NCBI GenBank assembly: GCA_036507075.1
Contig: DASXQR010000072.1
Coordinates: forward strand, 1-37,598
DNA from: Acidobacteriota bacterium
GTDB lineage: Bacteria; Acidobacteriota; UBA6911; JACQSX01
Length of the DNA: 37,598 bases
Direction: 5' to 3'
Shown: positions 9,207 through 16,567 of the stretch, in pieces
Numbering within the stretch: position 1 is the stretch's first letter
Layout of the letters: every line of letters begins with the position of its first letter
Notes under the pieces: model-generated
What the model was told of the DNA's origin: nothing
Database searches by the model: none
What the model saw: the letters and a program-made list of their open reading frames with translations, nothing else
Position numbers and translations under genes: made by a program

Positions 9207-9842
9207 GTGCAGTCCAGCGAGATCCTGACTCGTATTTTGAAAGAGCGTTTGGTGGCGATTGTTAGGGCCGAGTCTGCCGACATTGCCGCCGAGGCGGCTC
9301 AGGCTGCATTCCAGGGCGGGCTCTCCGTACTGGAAGTTACGTTTACCGTGCCCGAAGCGGAGCGCGCTATTGAGTGCTTAAGGATGAAGCTTCCGCACGC
9401 TGCCATCGGCGCCGGCTCGATTCTCTCTGCCGAACAGGCGCGAAAGGCTCTGGGCGCCGGCGCGCAGTTTTTGATATCTCCCCATTGCGATCCGAAGCTT
9501 TTTGCCTGGGCACACAGGCAGAACGTTCTGTACACGCCCGCCGGTTTTACGCCCTCTGAATTGATGTCGGCCTGGAATGCGGGCTTTCCGCTGGTGAAAT
9601 TTTATCCGGCATCGGCCGGTGGCCCTGACTTGCTGAAGTCCCTTTTGCAGCCGCTCCCGTTTCTGCGACTGATGGCCACGGGTGGAATTGACAAGAGCAA
9701 CGCGGTCGATTTCCTGCGAGCCGGAGCGGCGGCATTGGGTGTAGGCGGCAGCGTTTTTCGATCTTCGTTTTTGCGCCGGCGCGACTGGAACGCGGTCCAA
9801 TCGGCCGGCGCGGAGCTGGTGCAGGCCTGCGCCGGAACATAA
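9207..9842 (+). CDS. eda: KDPG/KHG aldolase
   Basis: LVAIVR, LEVTF, IGAGSI, FLISP, TPSE, VKFYPA, MATGGI; GTG 9207 preferred over ATG 9150, which overlaps the palindrome (start uncertain). Confidence 0.9.
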   Translation: MQSSEILTRILKERLVAIVRAESADIAAEAAQAAFQGGLSVLEVTFTVPEAERAIECLRMKLPHAAIGAGSILSAEQARKALGAGAQFLISPHCDPKLFAWAHRQNVLYTPAGFTPSELMSAWNAGFPLVKFYPASAGGPDLLKSLLQPLPFLRLMATGGIDKSNAVDFLRAGAAALGVGGSVFRSSFLRRRDWNAVQSAGAELVQACAGT

Positions 9843-10799
9843 ATGGCTCAGAAGTGGGATATTCTTTCCGTTGGCGAATGCATGGTGGAGTTCTTTCCCG
9901 ATCCACCTGGCTCGGAGCATTATCGCCGGAGCTTCGGAGGAGACACGCTCAATGCCATTGCGATGGCGGCCAAACTGGGCTCCCGATGCGCTTATCTGAC
10001 TCGAATCGCAGACGACTTTTTTGGCAGCTTCCTCAGGAACTCGATTTCCAGCCTGGGTATTGACATCGAAACGATCACTACCGTGGGTGGGTTCAACGGA
10101 ATCTATTTCATCGCCGTCGATTCGACCGGCGAGCGCAGATTTCAGTATTTCCGCAGCGGAAGCGCAGCCAGCATGCTCAGCCCCGCCGATGTGCGGCCGC
10201 AATGGGTTGAGGAGAGCCGCGTGGTCTTCGCCAGTGGAATTACGCAGGCCATTTCTCAATCGGCGGCGCTTTCCGTGCAGCGCTCCATGGACCTGGCTCA
10301 TGAAAAGCGATGCACCGTGGCCTACGACGTGAACTTCAGGCCGAAGCTGTGGAATGCCGGTCAGGCCTCCAAACATCTCAGCCAGATCGCCCCCCTGCTC
10401 CAGATTCTGTTCTTTTCATCCGATGAAATGGCGATAGTGCAATCGGCAATCAACGCTCGAAGCGCGGAGATTCGTTCCATTGTCGAAGCCAGTTGGGCCA
10501 AAGGCATCAATCTGGTGGTGATGAAACGCGGAGAACAAGGCGCGATTCTGGGTGACCGCTCGACAGGGAAGATCCGCACGCTGCGACCCTTCTCTATCGA
10601 AGTGGCCGATACGAGCGGCGCCGGGGACACGTTCAACGGCGCGTTCCTGCACTGCTTCTGCCGCGGCAAACCGGGCATGGACTGCGCGCGCTGGGGACTG
10701 GCCGCCGCAACGCTGAAGGTCAGCCGCCGGGGCACGGTCTCGGCCATGCCGACCCCCGATGAAGTTCATCAGGCGCTCGAAAGAATCGAAATCGGATAA
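9843..10799 (+). CDS. kdgK: 2-keto-3-deoxygluconate kinase (PfkB family)
   Basis: GECMVE, FGGDTLN, YFRSGSAAS, SGIT, YDVNFRPKLW, DTSGAGDTFNGAF; starts immediately after the eda stop. Confidence 0.9.
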   Translation: MAQKWDILSVGECMVEFFPDPPGSEHYRRSFGGDTLNAIAMAAKLGSRCAYLTRIADDFFGSFLRNSISSLGIDIETITTVGGFNGIYFIAVDSTGERRFQYFRSGSAASMLSPADVRPQWVEESRVVFASGITQAISQSAALSVQRSMDLAHEKRCTVAYDVNFRPKLWNAGQASKHLSQIAPLLQILFFSSDEMAIVQSAINARSAEIRSIVEASWAKGINLVVMKRGEQGAILGDRSTGKIRTLRPFSIEVADTSGAGDTFNGAFLHCFCRGKPGMDCARWGLAAATLKVSRRGTVSAMPTPDEVHQALERIEIG

Positions 10800-10817
10800 T
10801 CACTCATCCCAACGAAT

Positions 10818-10868
10818 AGCTTGGTGCCTTGGTGGTTCAAATTTTTCTGCCACCAAGGCACCAAGCTT
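10818..10868. repeat. ~50-bp hairpin element between convergent genes; may act as terminator
   Basis: AGCTTGGTGCCTTGGTGG-loop-CCACCAAGGCACCAAGCT, 18-bp perfect stem. Confidence 0.85.
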
Positions 10869-10961
10869 CCCAGCTTTCATTGTGCCAACATCAACAGCCC
10901 GATGACGAATGATCGATCACCGATGGCAGAGCTGGCCAACGTGTTTTCGTGCTTCAGCTTT

Positions 10962-11354
10962 TCAACCTGCCATAAACTTCAACCATACTTTCCGGCTTCG
11001 GGGGCCGTCCATTTCGCCGAAAAAGATTCCCTGCCAGCGGCCCAAATGCAGCTTTCCGTTTTCCACAAAAACAGACAATGAAGGTCCAAGCAGCGTGGAC
11101 AGAAAGTGGGCCGGGCTGTTTCCTTCGCCATGCTCGAACCGGACATCCGGCACTGCGGCAGGATAGGCTCGCTCCAGGTCGTGGCGGACATCCGGGTCTG
11201 CATTCTCATTGATACACAGGCCTGCGGTCGTGTGCGGGCAAAACAGGCAGCACACGCCGTCCTTCCAGTGATTCTTGGAAACCTCTTTCTCGATGGCGAC
11301 GGTGAGATCCACCAGTTGGAACTTGCGATCGGTTCTGACGGCCAGCTCGATCAT
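10962..11354 (-). CDS. yjbQ: YjbQ / UPF0047 family protein
   Basis: PHTTAGLCINENADPDV, HGEGNSPAH, LGRWQGIFFGEMDGPR; ATGA overlap with the SIMPL gene. Confidence 0.9.
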   Translation of the reverse strand: MIELAVRTDRKFQLVDLTVAIEKEVSKNHWKDGVCCLFCPHTTAGLCINENADPDVRHDLERAYPAAVPDVRFEHGEGNSPAHFLSTLLGPSLSVFVENGKLHLGRWQGIFFGEMDGPRSRKVWLKFMAG

Positions 11355-12058
11355 TGCTTTATCTCAAATTGTATTTCCACGGTGACATGAATCGTTATCT
11401 CACCGCTTTCTATGGGAGTGGGTGTGGACGCTTTCATGGCCATTGCCTCCATCATTACTCCCTGCCTTATCGGGATCACCGAGCCGCCGGATTCCCGAAG
11501 CAGGTAGATTCTTCCCAGTTGCACTCCCGCAGCGGAGGCCAGGGCCGTGGCTTTGGACCGCGCATCGCTTACCGCGTCACGATAGGCAGTGGTCCTGAGC
11601 GTGCGCGGATCTTTCAGCATGAAGTCCAATCCGGCCACGTTGTTTGCTCCGGCCGCCAGGCCTGCGTCAACTACTTCGGAAATCTTTTCAATCTGATCCA
11701 GCTTGACCGAGACCTGGTTGCTCACGCTGTAGCCCACGATGCGCGGCGGTGTTCTCTTCTCCTGGTAATCGTATTGCGGGCTGACCTTGAATCGCGTCGT
11801 GGTAATGTCGGCCGCGGGCACGCCCAGTTTCTTGACGGCATTGATCACGGCGCTCATCGACTGCGCATTCTGTTCGCGCGCCTCGGCGACGGTTTTTCCC
11901 CGGGTCTCGACGCCAAGGTTCACAACAGCGCGGTCCGGCGGAGCTTTCAACTGCGCTTCCCCGGTCACGTAGAGAAGCGGCGGCCTGACAGGTCCCTCCT
12001 GTGCCAAGCAGGGCGCCACCGTCAGAAACAAACCCAGGCAAACCAGTGCGTTTCGCAT
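11351..12058 (-). CDS. SIMPL (DUF541, YggE/BP26-like) periplasmic protein
   Basis: Signal peptide; VTGEA..PDRA, PQYDY, GYSVSNQV, AVSDARSKA, PIESGE; SD GAGAGGA before ATG 12058. Confidence 0.9.
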   Translation of the reverse strand: MRNALVCLGLFLTVAPCLAQEGPVRPPLLYVTGEAQLKAPPDRAVVNLGVETRGKTVAEAREQNAQSMSAVINAVKKLGVPAADITTTRFKVSPQYDYQEKRTPPRIVGYSVSNQVSVKLDQIEKISEVVDAGLAAGANNVAGLDFMLKDPRTLRTTAYRDAVSDARSKATALASAAGVQLGRIYLLRESGGSVIPIRQGVMMEAMAMKASTPTPIESGEITIHVTVEIQFEIKQ

Positions 12059-12079
12059 AGTCCTCTCTTTCACAACCGA

Positions 12080-12088
12080 ATTTTACCA
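12080..12088 (-). promoter_or_regulatory. Possible extended -10 (TGGTAAAAT) for the SIMPL-yjbQ genes
   Basis: TGnTAAAAT about 20 nt upstream of the ATG; no convincing -35. Confidence 0.35.
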
Positions 12089-12105
12089 GCGTCGGGAATG
12101 AGCCG

Positions 12106-12214
12106 CGAATGCGGATTTCGGAATGCGGAATGTGGAATAGCGAGACAATTTCGTCTGGTTTGAAGAATTGGGTTTGACCATATTCCGCATTCCGCACCCT
12201 GCATTCCGCATTCG
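12106..12214. repeat. Foldback element with inverted AATGCGG heptamer arrays, copy 1
   Basis: CGAATGCGGATTTCGGAATGCGGAATGTGGAATAGCGAG...ATATTCCGCATTCCGCA...TTCG; homologous to 19047-19169 including the spacer. Confidence 0.9.
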
Positions 12215-12278
12215 GATTGGCGGCTCTGTGGTACACAGTGTGGTAAATTGGCACGACTCTGTGGATAGTATCGCTTGG

Positions 12279-12314
12279 CTCTCACACTCTCACACTCTCA
12301 CACTCTCCCACTCT
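12279..12314. repeat. Octamer tandem repeat (CTCACACT) x ~4
   Basis: CTCTCACACTCTCACACTCTCACACTCTCCCACTCT. Confidence 0.85.
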
Positions 12315-12363
12315 GCCGCTCCCCTTCCCCTGGGACGTTTCCCCCCGGGACCTGCCACAGCCC

Positions 12364-13917
12364 TCAATCCGGTGATGCAACCCGGTAAAGGAAAATAGAG
12401 TTCGAAAGTACGCGATCGGGCGGGGTTTTCCGAAAGTAGCTGTAAGGCCAGATGGCATTGGTGGCCAGGCGGTGCGCGCCGATCGCGTACCATCCGGCGG
12501 GAATATTCTTCTTGCCGACAATTTCTCCCAATGGATGGTCCTTTACGCCGTACATTGAAAGTGGAATGTTGGTGAACAGATCCGAATACAAAGGCTCGAG
12601 CCGGTTTCGTTTCGCAAACCGGGCCAGGTTTGCCACCTCCTGACCCCACTCCACGTTCGAGTCCCCGAAGTATTTCCATCCGTAGCGCCCTCCTCCCACC
12701 ACTTCATTGAAATATGAAAGTTCCGCGCCCCAGTTCAAAAAAGAGCCCAGTACCAGCCAGGCGAAAAGCAGCACCGCAACGGGACGCCACCGATCCCGAT
12801 GCAGCACCTCGTGAACGCAGGCCGCCAGCGGGATCCACATCAGGACCATTACCGGCAGGATGTGCCGGATCCCCAGATTGATGTTGCTTGTAACCGCGCT
12901 GAGCCAGTAGGTTGCGGCGAACAGCGCCCAGAGCCAGCGAATCCGGCGCCGGCGCTGAAATATAAGGACGATCCCGAACGCGATGGCAATTAATATGGGC
13001 AGCGGAGTTTTCAGCAAAAATGCCAGCGGAAAATAGGCGACGTGCCCTTTGACGCCATTACGCGTAAGAAAGACATTCTGATGGCCGCGCGCGTTGTGCT
13101 GCCAGACCATCATCCATCCTTCCTTGTAAAAATTCGGCAGCGGGATCATCCGCATCTTCAGGCTGTGAAGATGCCCAAAGTCGCCGTTTTTACCGGAAAA
13201 CCCGAGCCACGCCAGAGCGGTCAAAATCAGGCCGCACGCCAGGCTGAAATGAATCCAGCTCGCAAAGCGTCTGGAACGGATGCAAATCCAGATGATGGCG
13301 ATTGCGCTGTTGATCACGGCCAGCGTCATCGAAAACTTTGATAGCATTCCCAGCGCGAGGACCCCTCCCAGAAGCCACAGCCAGCGCGGGCGGCGGTCGG
13401 TCAGCCAGCAGGCAAGGACGGAAAAGGCCGAAAAATAAAAGAGGGACGCAGCCAGGTCGGTATGTACAAATACAGAATGAGCAATGAGTGTGGGGAAAAG
13501 CGACAATGCGATCACACCCAGCGCCGCGGTTCTGGAATCGAACAGCCGCCGGAGAGTTGCGTGCACTACTGCCAGAAGCGTGAGTGAAAAGCAAAGCAGG
13601 AGCCATCGCGCCGAGAAGATGCGCTTCTGTACATCCGGGGCGAAGAAGTCGTGGATCGCCTGCCGCTTGTGCACCCATTCAATTCTGCCTTCGGAAAGCA
13701 CGAAGCCGGCCGCCGAGACCAGTTTGACCAGTGGTGGATGTTCCGGATTGATGTAAAAGTCCTTCCATCCCCAGTATATGTAGCCGGCCGGCACGTGGGT
13801 CACCTCGTCAATAGTGGGAGACTGCGTGTACATCAGTGAAACAACCCGCACCGCAAAAGCGGCGCAAAACAGCAGCGCCACCGCGCCGGATCCGCCACGC
13901 CTCATTCGTATATCCAC
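12364..13917 (-). CDS. GT-C fold membrane glycosyltransferase (ArnT/PMT, GT39/GT83-like)
   Basis: SPTIDEVTH, NPEHPPLVK, VHTDLA, LSKFS, YFPLAFLLKTP, NLGIRHILP, LSYFNE, DSNVEWGQ; many TM segments; start may be ATG 13905. Confidence 0.85.
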   Translation of the reverse strand: MDIRMRRGGSGAVALLFCAAFAVRVVSLMYTQSPTIDEVTHVPAGYIYWGWKDFYINPEHPPLVKLVSAAGFVLSEGRIEWVHKRQAIHDFFAPDVQKRIFSARWLLLCFSLTLLAVVHATLRRLFDSRTAALGVIALSLFPTLIAHSVFVHTDLAASLFYFSAFSVLACWLTDRRPRWLWLLGGVLALGMLSKFSMTLAVINSAIAIIWICIRSRRFASWIHFSLACGLILTALAWLGFSGKNGDFGHLHSLKMRMIPLPNFYKEGWMMVWQHNARGHQNVFLTRNGVKGHVAYFPLAFLLKTPLPILIAIAFGIVLIFQRRRRIRWLWALFAATYWLSAVTSNINLGIRHILPVMVLMWIPLAACVHEVLHRDRWRPVAVLLFAWLVLGSFLNWGAELSYFNEVVGGGRYGWKYFGDSNVEWGQEVANLARFAKRNRLEPLYSDLFTNIPLSMYGVKDHPLGEIVGKKNIPAGWYAIGAHRLATNAIWPYSYFRKTPPDRVLSNSIFLYRVASPD

Positions 13918-13924
13918 CGTAAAG

Positions 13925-14185
13925 AAAAGTCGAAAGCCGAAGGTCGAAAGTCTAAAGTCAAATGTCGGAAGTCGAAAGTCGAAAATCGGAGCTGCGAAAG
14001 CAGCGCTCAGTACCGCGATCCGTCAGGTCGCGGCGCGCGCCAAACTGATGAGTCACGTTCGCAACTACAAGCGCCACTTTCAGACCGGCCATTCTGGCTC
14101 GCCGCAACCTGACGGATGCGGTACTGAGCGCAGGAGCGGCGACTTTTGACCGTCGACTTTAGACATTTGACTTTAGACTTTCGAT
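13925..14185. repeat. Inverted AAAGTC[G/T] heptamer arrays (13925-13985 and 14140-14185) enclosing a 130-bp element
   Basis: AAAGTCGAAAGCCGAAGGTCGAAAGTCTAAAGTCAAATGTC / GACTTTAGACATTTGACTTTAGACTTTCGA. Confidence 0.85.
14003..14131. mobile_element. ~130-bp REPIN/MITE-like element, copy 1
   Basis: GCGCTCAGTACCGCGATCCGTCAGGTCGCGGCG ... CGCCGCAACCTGACGGATGCGGTACTGAGCGC inverted arms; second copy at 25046-25177. Confidence 0.8.
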
Positions 14186-14192
14186 TCTTGAG

Positions 14193-14627
14193 ATGAACAG
14201 AAAAAAAATAGCGCTCGTTTTTCTATGCGCCTGGTTTGCTCTCCACGCTGCTTACCTGCTCAGGCGCGGCATCCCCCAGATGACCGAAGAGTGGAAGAAA
14301 TTCGGTCACGTCGGAACCGATTTGCAGAAACGGGCGATCAGCTACTTGGGCTGGGCCGAGTTGGTGGATCTCCTGCGCCGCAGGGTTCCGCCCGGTTCAA
14401 CGCTCTTGTTTGTCACTGGGATGGAAAAAACGTCGGAATCCTACTTCAGCTTTCTGTTGAATTACGAAATCTATCCGCAGAGGCACGAGGGGCTGGTGGC
14501 CTTTCAGGCCGGACTGCGACCCCGCTTTGTCGTCGCGTACATCGGACTGCCAAAGGAAATAAAGCTCGAACAGTATCGGGAGATTTACCGAAGCCGGTAC
14601 GTGCAGTTATGGGAGAAGCGACCTTGA
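14193..14627 (+). CDS. Hypothetical membrane-anchored protein
   Basis: N-terminal hydrophobic helix followed by a soluble domain; overlaps the start of the downstream membrane gene. Confidence 0.65.
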   Translation: MNRKKIALVFLCAWFALHAAYLLRRGIPQMTEEWKKFGHVGTDLQKRAISYLGWAELVDLLRRRVPPGSTLLFVTGMEKTSESYFSFLLNYEIYPQRHEGLVAFQAGLRPRFVVAYIGLPKEIKLEQYREIYRSRYVQLWEKRP

Positions 14628-16006
14628 TCCTTATCGGATGCCTCTGGCTTTTTCTCACCGGTCTCGGCATGGCGCAATGGTGCATTCCAGCCGGCCGCTT
14701 CACGGAAAAAGCAGCACTGGCGTTTCCAGTTTCGGCGGGGTTGCATGCGGCGGTGTTTTTTCTGCTGGCACAGGGCTGGCAAGCCTCAGTCTGGTGGAGT
14801 CTTTTGCCTTTTGCGCCATTTCTGCTGTCTCTTGGCAAGCTGAAAATCGCCCGGGCCGCCGGCTGGAAATTTCTGGAATTGGCGGTGCTCGTGCTCGTGG
14901 TCTTCACTGCTTTCCAGATTTTTGTGCATGTGTTTTTTGTCCCGGCGGTCGAATGGGACTGCATAGCGCTGTGGTTCATGAAGGGAAAGGCGCTGGCAGT
15001 TGACGGCAGAATCACCGCGAGTTTTGCTTCCTGGCTGGAAGCGCAGGGCCTGCATGGGGACTATCCATGGAACGTTCCGCTGATGTACGCATGGTTGTCG
15101 CGAATCGCCGGACGTTTTTCCGAACTCGGCTGCAAAGCAGTCGCGTATTGCTTCTACGTGAGCCTGGTGCTGATTCTTTACTGCCTGGCGCGCCTTCGCT
15201 TCCAGCGCCCCGCGGCGTTGTTGGCCCTTTCAGTTTATCTGGCTATTCCCGCCACTGTGGCACACGTCTTTTATCGCGACGCCGACACCATCCTGGAAAC
15301 TTATCTGGCAGCGCTTATTTTTCTGGTGCTGCGATACCAGTTCGAACCGTCAGCCAAGACCGCAGCGCTGTTGGCCGGGCTGACATTTCTAACCTCCTGG
15401 ACTAAACGGGAGGGGCTGGTTTACTGCGCGATGGTGCTGGTTCCATGGGTCGCCTGGCTCGCCTGGAAAAAGGGAAGCAGGGGTTGGCTGTTCCCGGCTG
15501 CCGCCGCAGGTTCCGTGCTGGGGATTGCGGCATTCTGGATCCCCAAGAAAATATTTGGAGCGACGACCATGTTTGCCCCCGGTTTGCGGGAGTTTCAGGG
15601 AATTGCCGCCGAGTTTCACCAGTTCGGATCAATTCTTTACCTGATGTCCAGGGAGTGTCTGAAAATCTATCACTGGAATTTCGCCTGGCTTCTTGTTCCA
15701 TTGCTGCTTCTGGCCCGGCGTGATCGCTACGGGCTCAAAATCCTCTTCATGGCGCACCTGCTGGTCTATTTCCTGGTCTATTATCTGTCTCCCGTGGATT
15801 TCCGCTGGCACATCACCACCTCGTGGTCTCGACTGCTGCTGCACGCCTTGCCGGAACTCTACGCGTGGGCGGTATTTGTTGCTGGAGAATATCTGGGAGC
15901 GGAGCTTGGGTTGGAACGCGTCCGGGCTAGCGGTCGCATCCAAGCTCACTCGCCTATCACTTTTACCAGGACACGTTTTTTCCTGCGACCGTCGAATTCG
16001 CCGTAA
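14609..16006 (+). CDS. Polytopic membrane protein, probable GT-C glycosyltransferase
   Basis: [34 protein letters not shown] motifs typical of GT39-like proteins; start reassigned to ATG 14609. Confidence 0.75.
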   Translation: MGEATLILIGCLWLFLTGLGMAQWCIPAGRFTEKAALAFPVSAGLHAAVFFLLAQGWQASVWWSLLPFAPFLLSLGKLKIARAAGWKFLELAVLVLVVFTAFQIFVHVFFVPAVEWDCIALWFMKGKALAVDGRITASFASWLEAQGLHGDYPWNVPLMYAWLSRIAGRFSELGCKAVAYCFYVSLVLILYCLARLRFQRPAALLALSVYLAIPATVAHVFYRDADTILETYLAALIFLVLRYQFEPSAKTAALLAGLTFLTSWTKREGLVYCAMVLVPWVAWLAWKKGSRGWLFPAAAAGSVLGIAAFWIPKKIFGATTMFAPGLREFQGIAAEFHQFGSILYLMSRECLKIYHWNFAWLLVPLLLLARRDRYGLKILFMAHLLVYFLVYYLSPVDFRWHITTSWSRLLLHALPELYAWAVFVAGEYLGAELGLERVRASGRIQAHSPITFTRTRFFLRPSNSP

Positions 16007-16365
16007 AAAATCTGTTCCCAGGGGCCGAAATCGAGTTTGCCTTTGGTGATCGCGACGACCACTTCCCGCCCCATCAGTTGCCGCTTCATGTGTGCGTCGG
16101 CGTTATCTTCACCGGTCTGGTTATGCCGGTACCTGGAGACGGGTGCGTGAGGCGCGAGCTTTTCGAGCCACTCATCGTAATCGTGAAGCAGTCCGTCTTC
16201 TGCGTCGTTAATGTAGACGCTGGCCGTGATGTGCATTGCGTTGACCAGGCATAATCCCTCCTGTATCCCGCTATCGCGTATGGCGCGTTCCACTTCGGCC
16301 GTTATGTTGATGTAATCGCGCCTGTGAGGGGATTCGAATGTAAGATAGCGGGTCAGCGATTTCAT
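15946..16365 (-). CDS. yjbQ: YjbQ / UPF0047 family protein (second, divergent paralogue)
   Basis: [42 protein letters not shown]. Confidence 0.92.
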   Translation of the reverse strand: MKSLTRYLTFESPHRRDYINITAEVERAIRDSGIQEGLCLVNAMHITASVYINDAEDGLLHDYDEWLEKLAPHAPVSRYRHNQTGEDNADAHMKRQLMGREVVVAITKGKLDFGPWEQIFYGEFDGRRKKRVLVKVIGE

Positions 16366-16386
16366 AGTTCTACTTGAATCACGCCC

Positions 16387-16566
16387 GTTCGCAGTTTCGA
16401 GTTGCCGGGTTCCGGGTTGCCGGGTTTCGGGTTACCGGGTTTCGGGTTTCTAGTTTCGTGTTATTGGTTCGAACCCCGCAACCCGTAACTCGAGAACCCG
16501 TAACTCGAAAACCCGTAACCCGCCAACCCCTAACGCGCAAACCCGTAACCCGCAAAGCCGCAACGC
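16387..16566. repeat. Inverted arrays of alternating 7+8-mers (15-bp period; GTTNCCGG/GTTTCGG versus AACCCGT/AACTCGAA)
   Basis: GTTGCCGGGTTCCGGGTTGCCGGGTTTCGGG ... AACCCGTAACTCGAGAACCCGTAACTCGAA. Confidence 0.9.
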
Positions 16567-16567
16567 T

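Noticed and set aside
9378..10376. Long antisense ORFs (also 16622-17560, 29287-30171, 11354-12163)
   Set aside because: Shadow frames of well-supported genes in GC-rich DNA
14225..14608. N-terminal 128 aa of the 593-aa ORF
   Set aside because: Overlaps the more plausible 14193-14627 gene; membrane-protein character starts at ATG 14609
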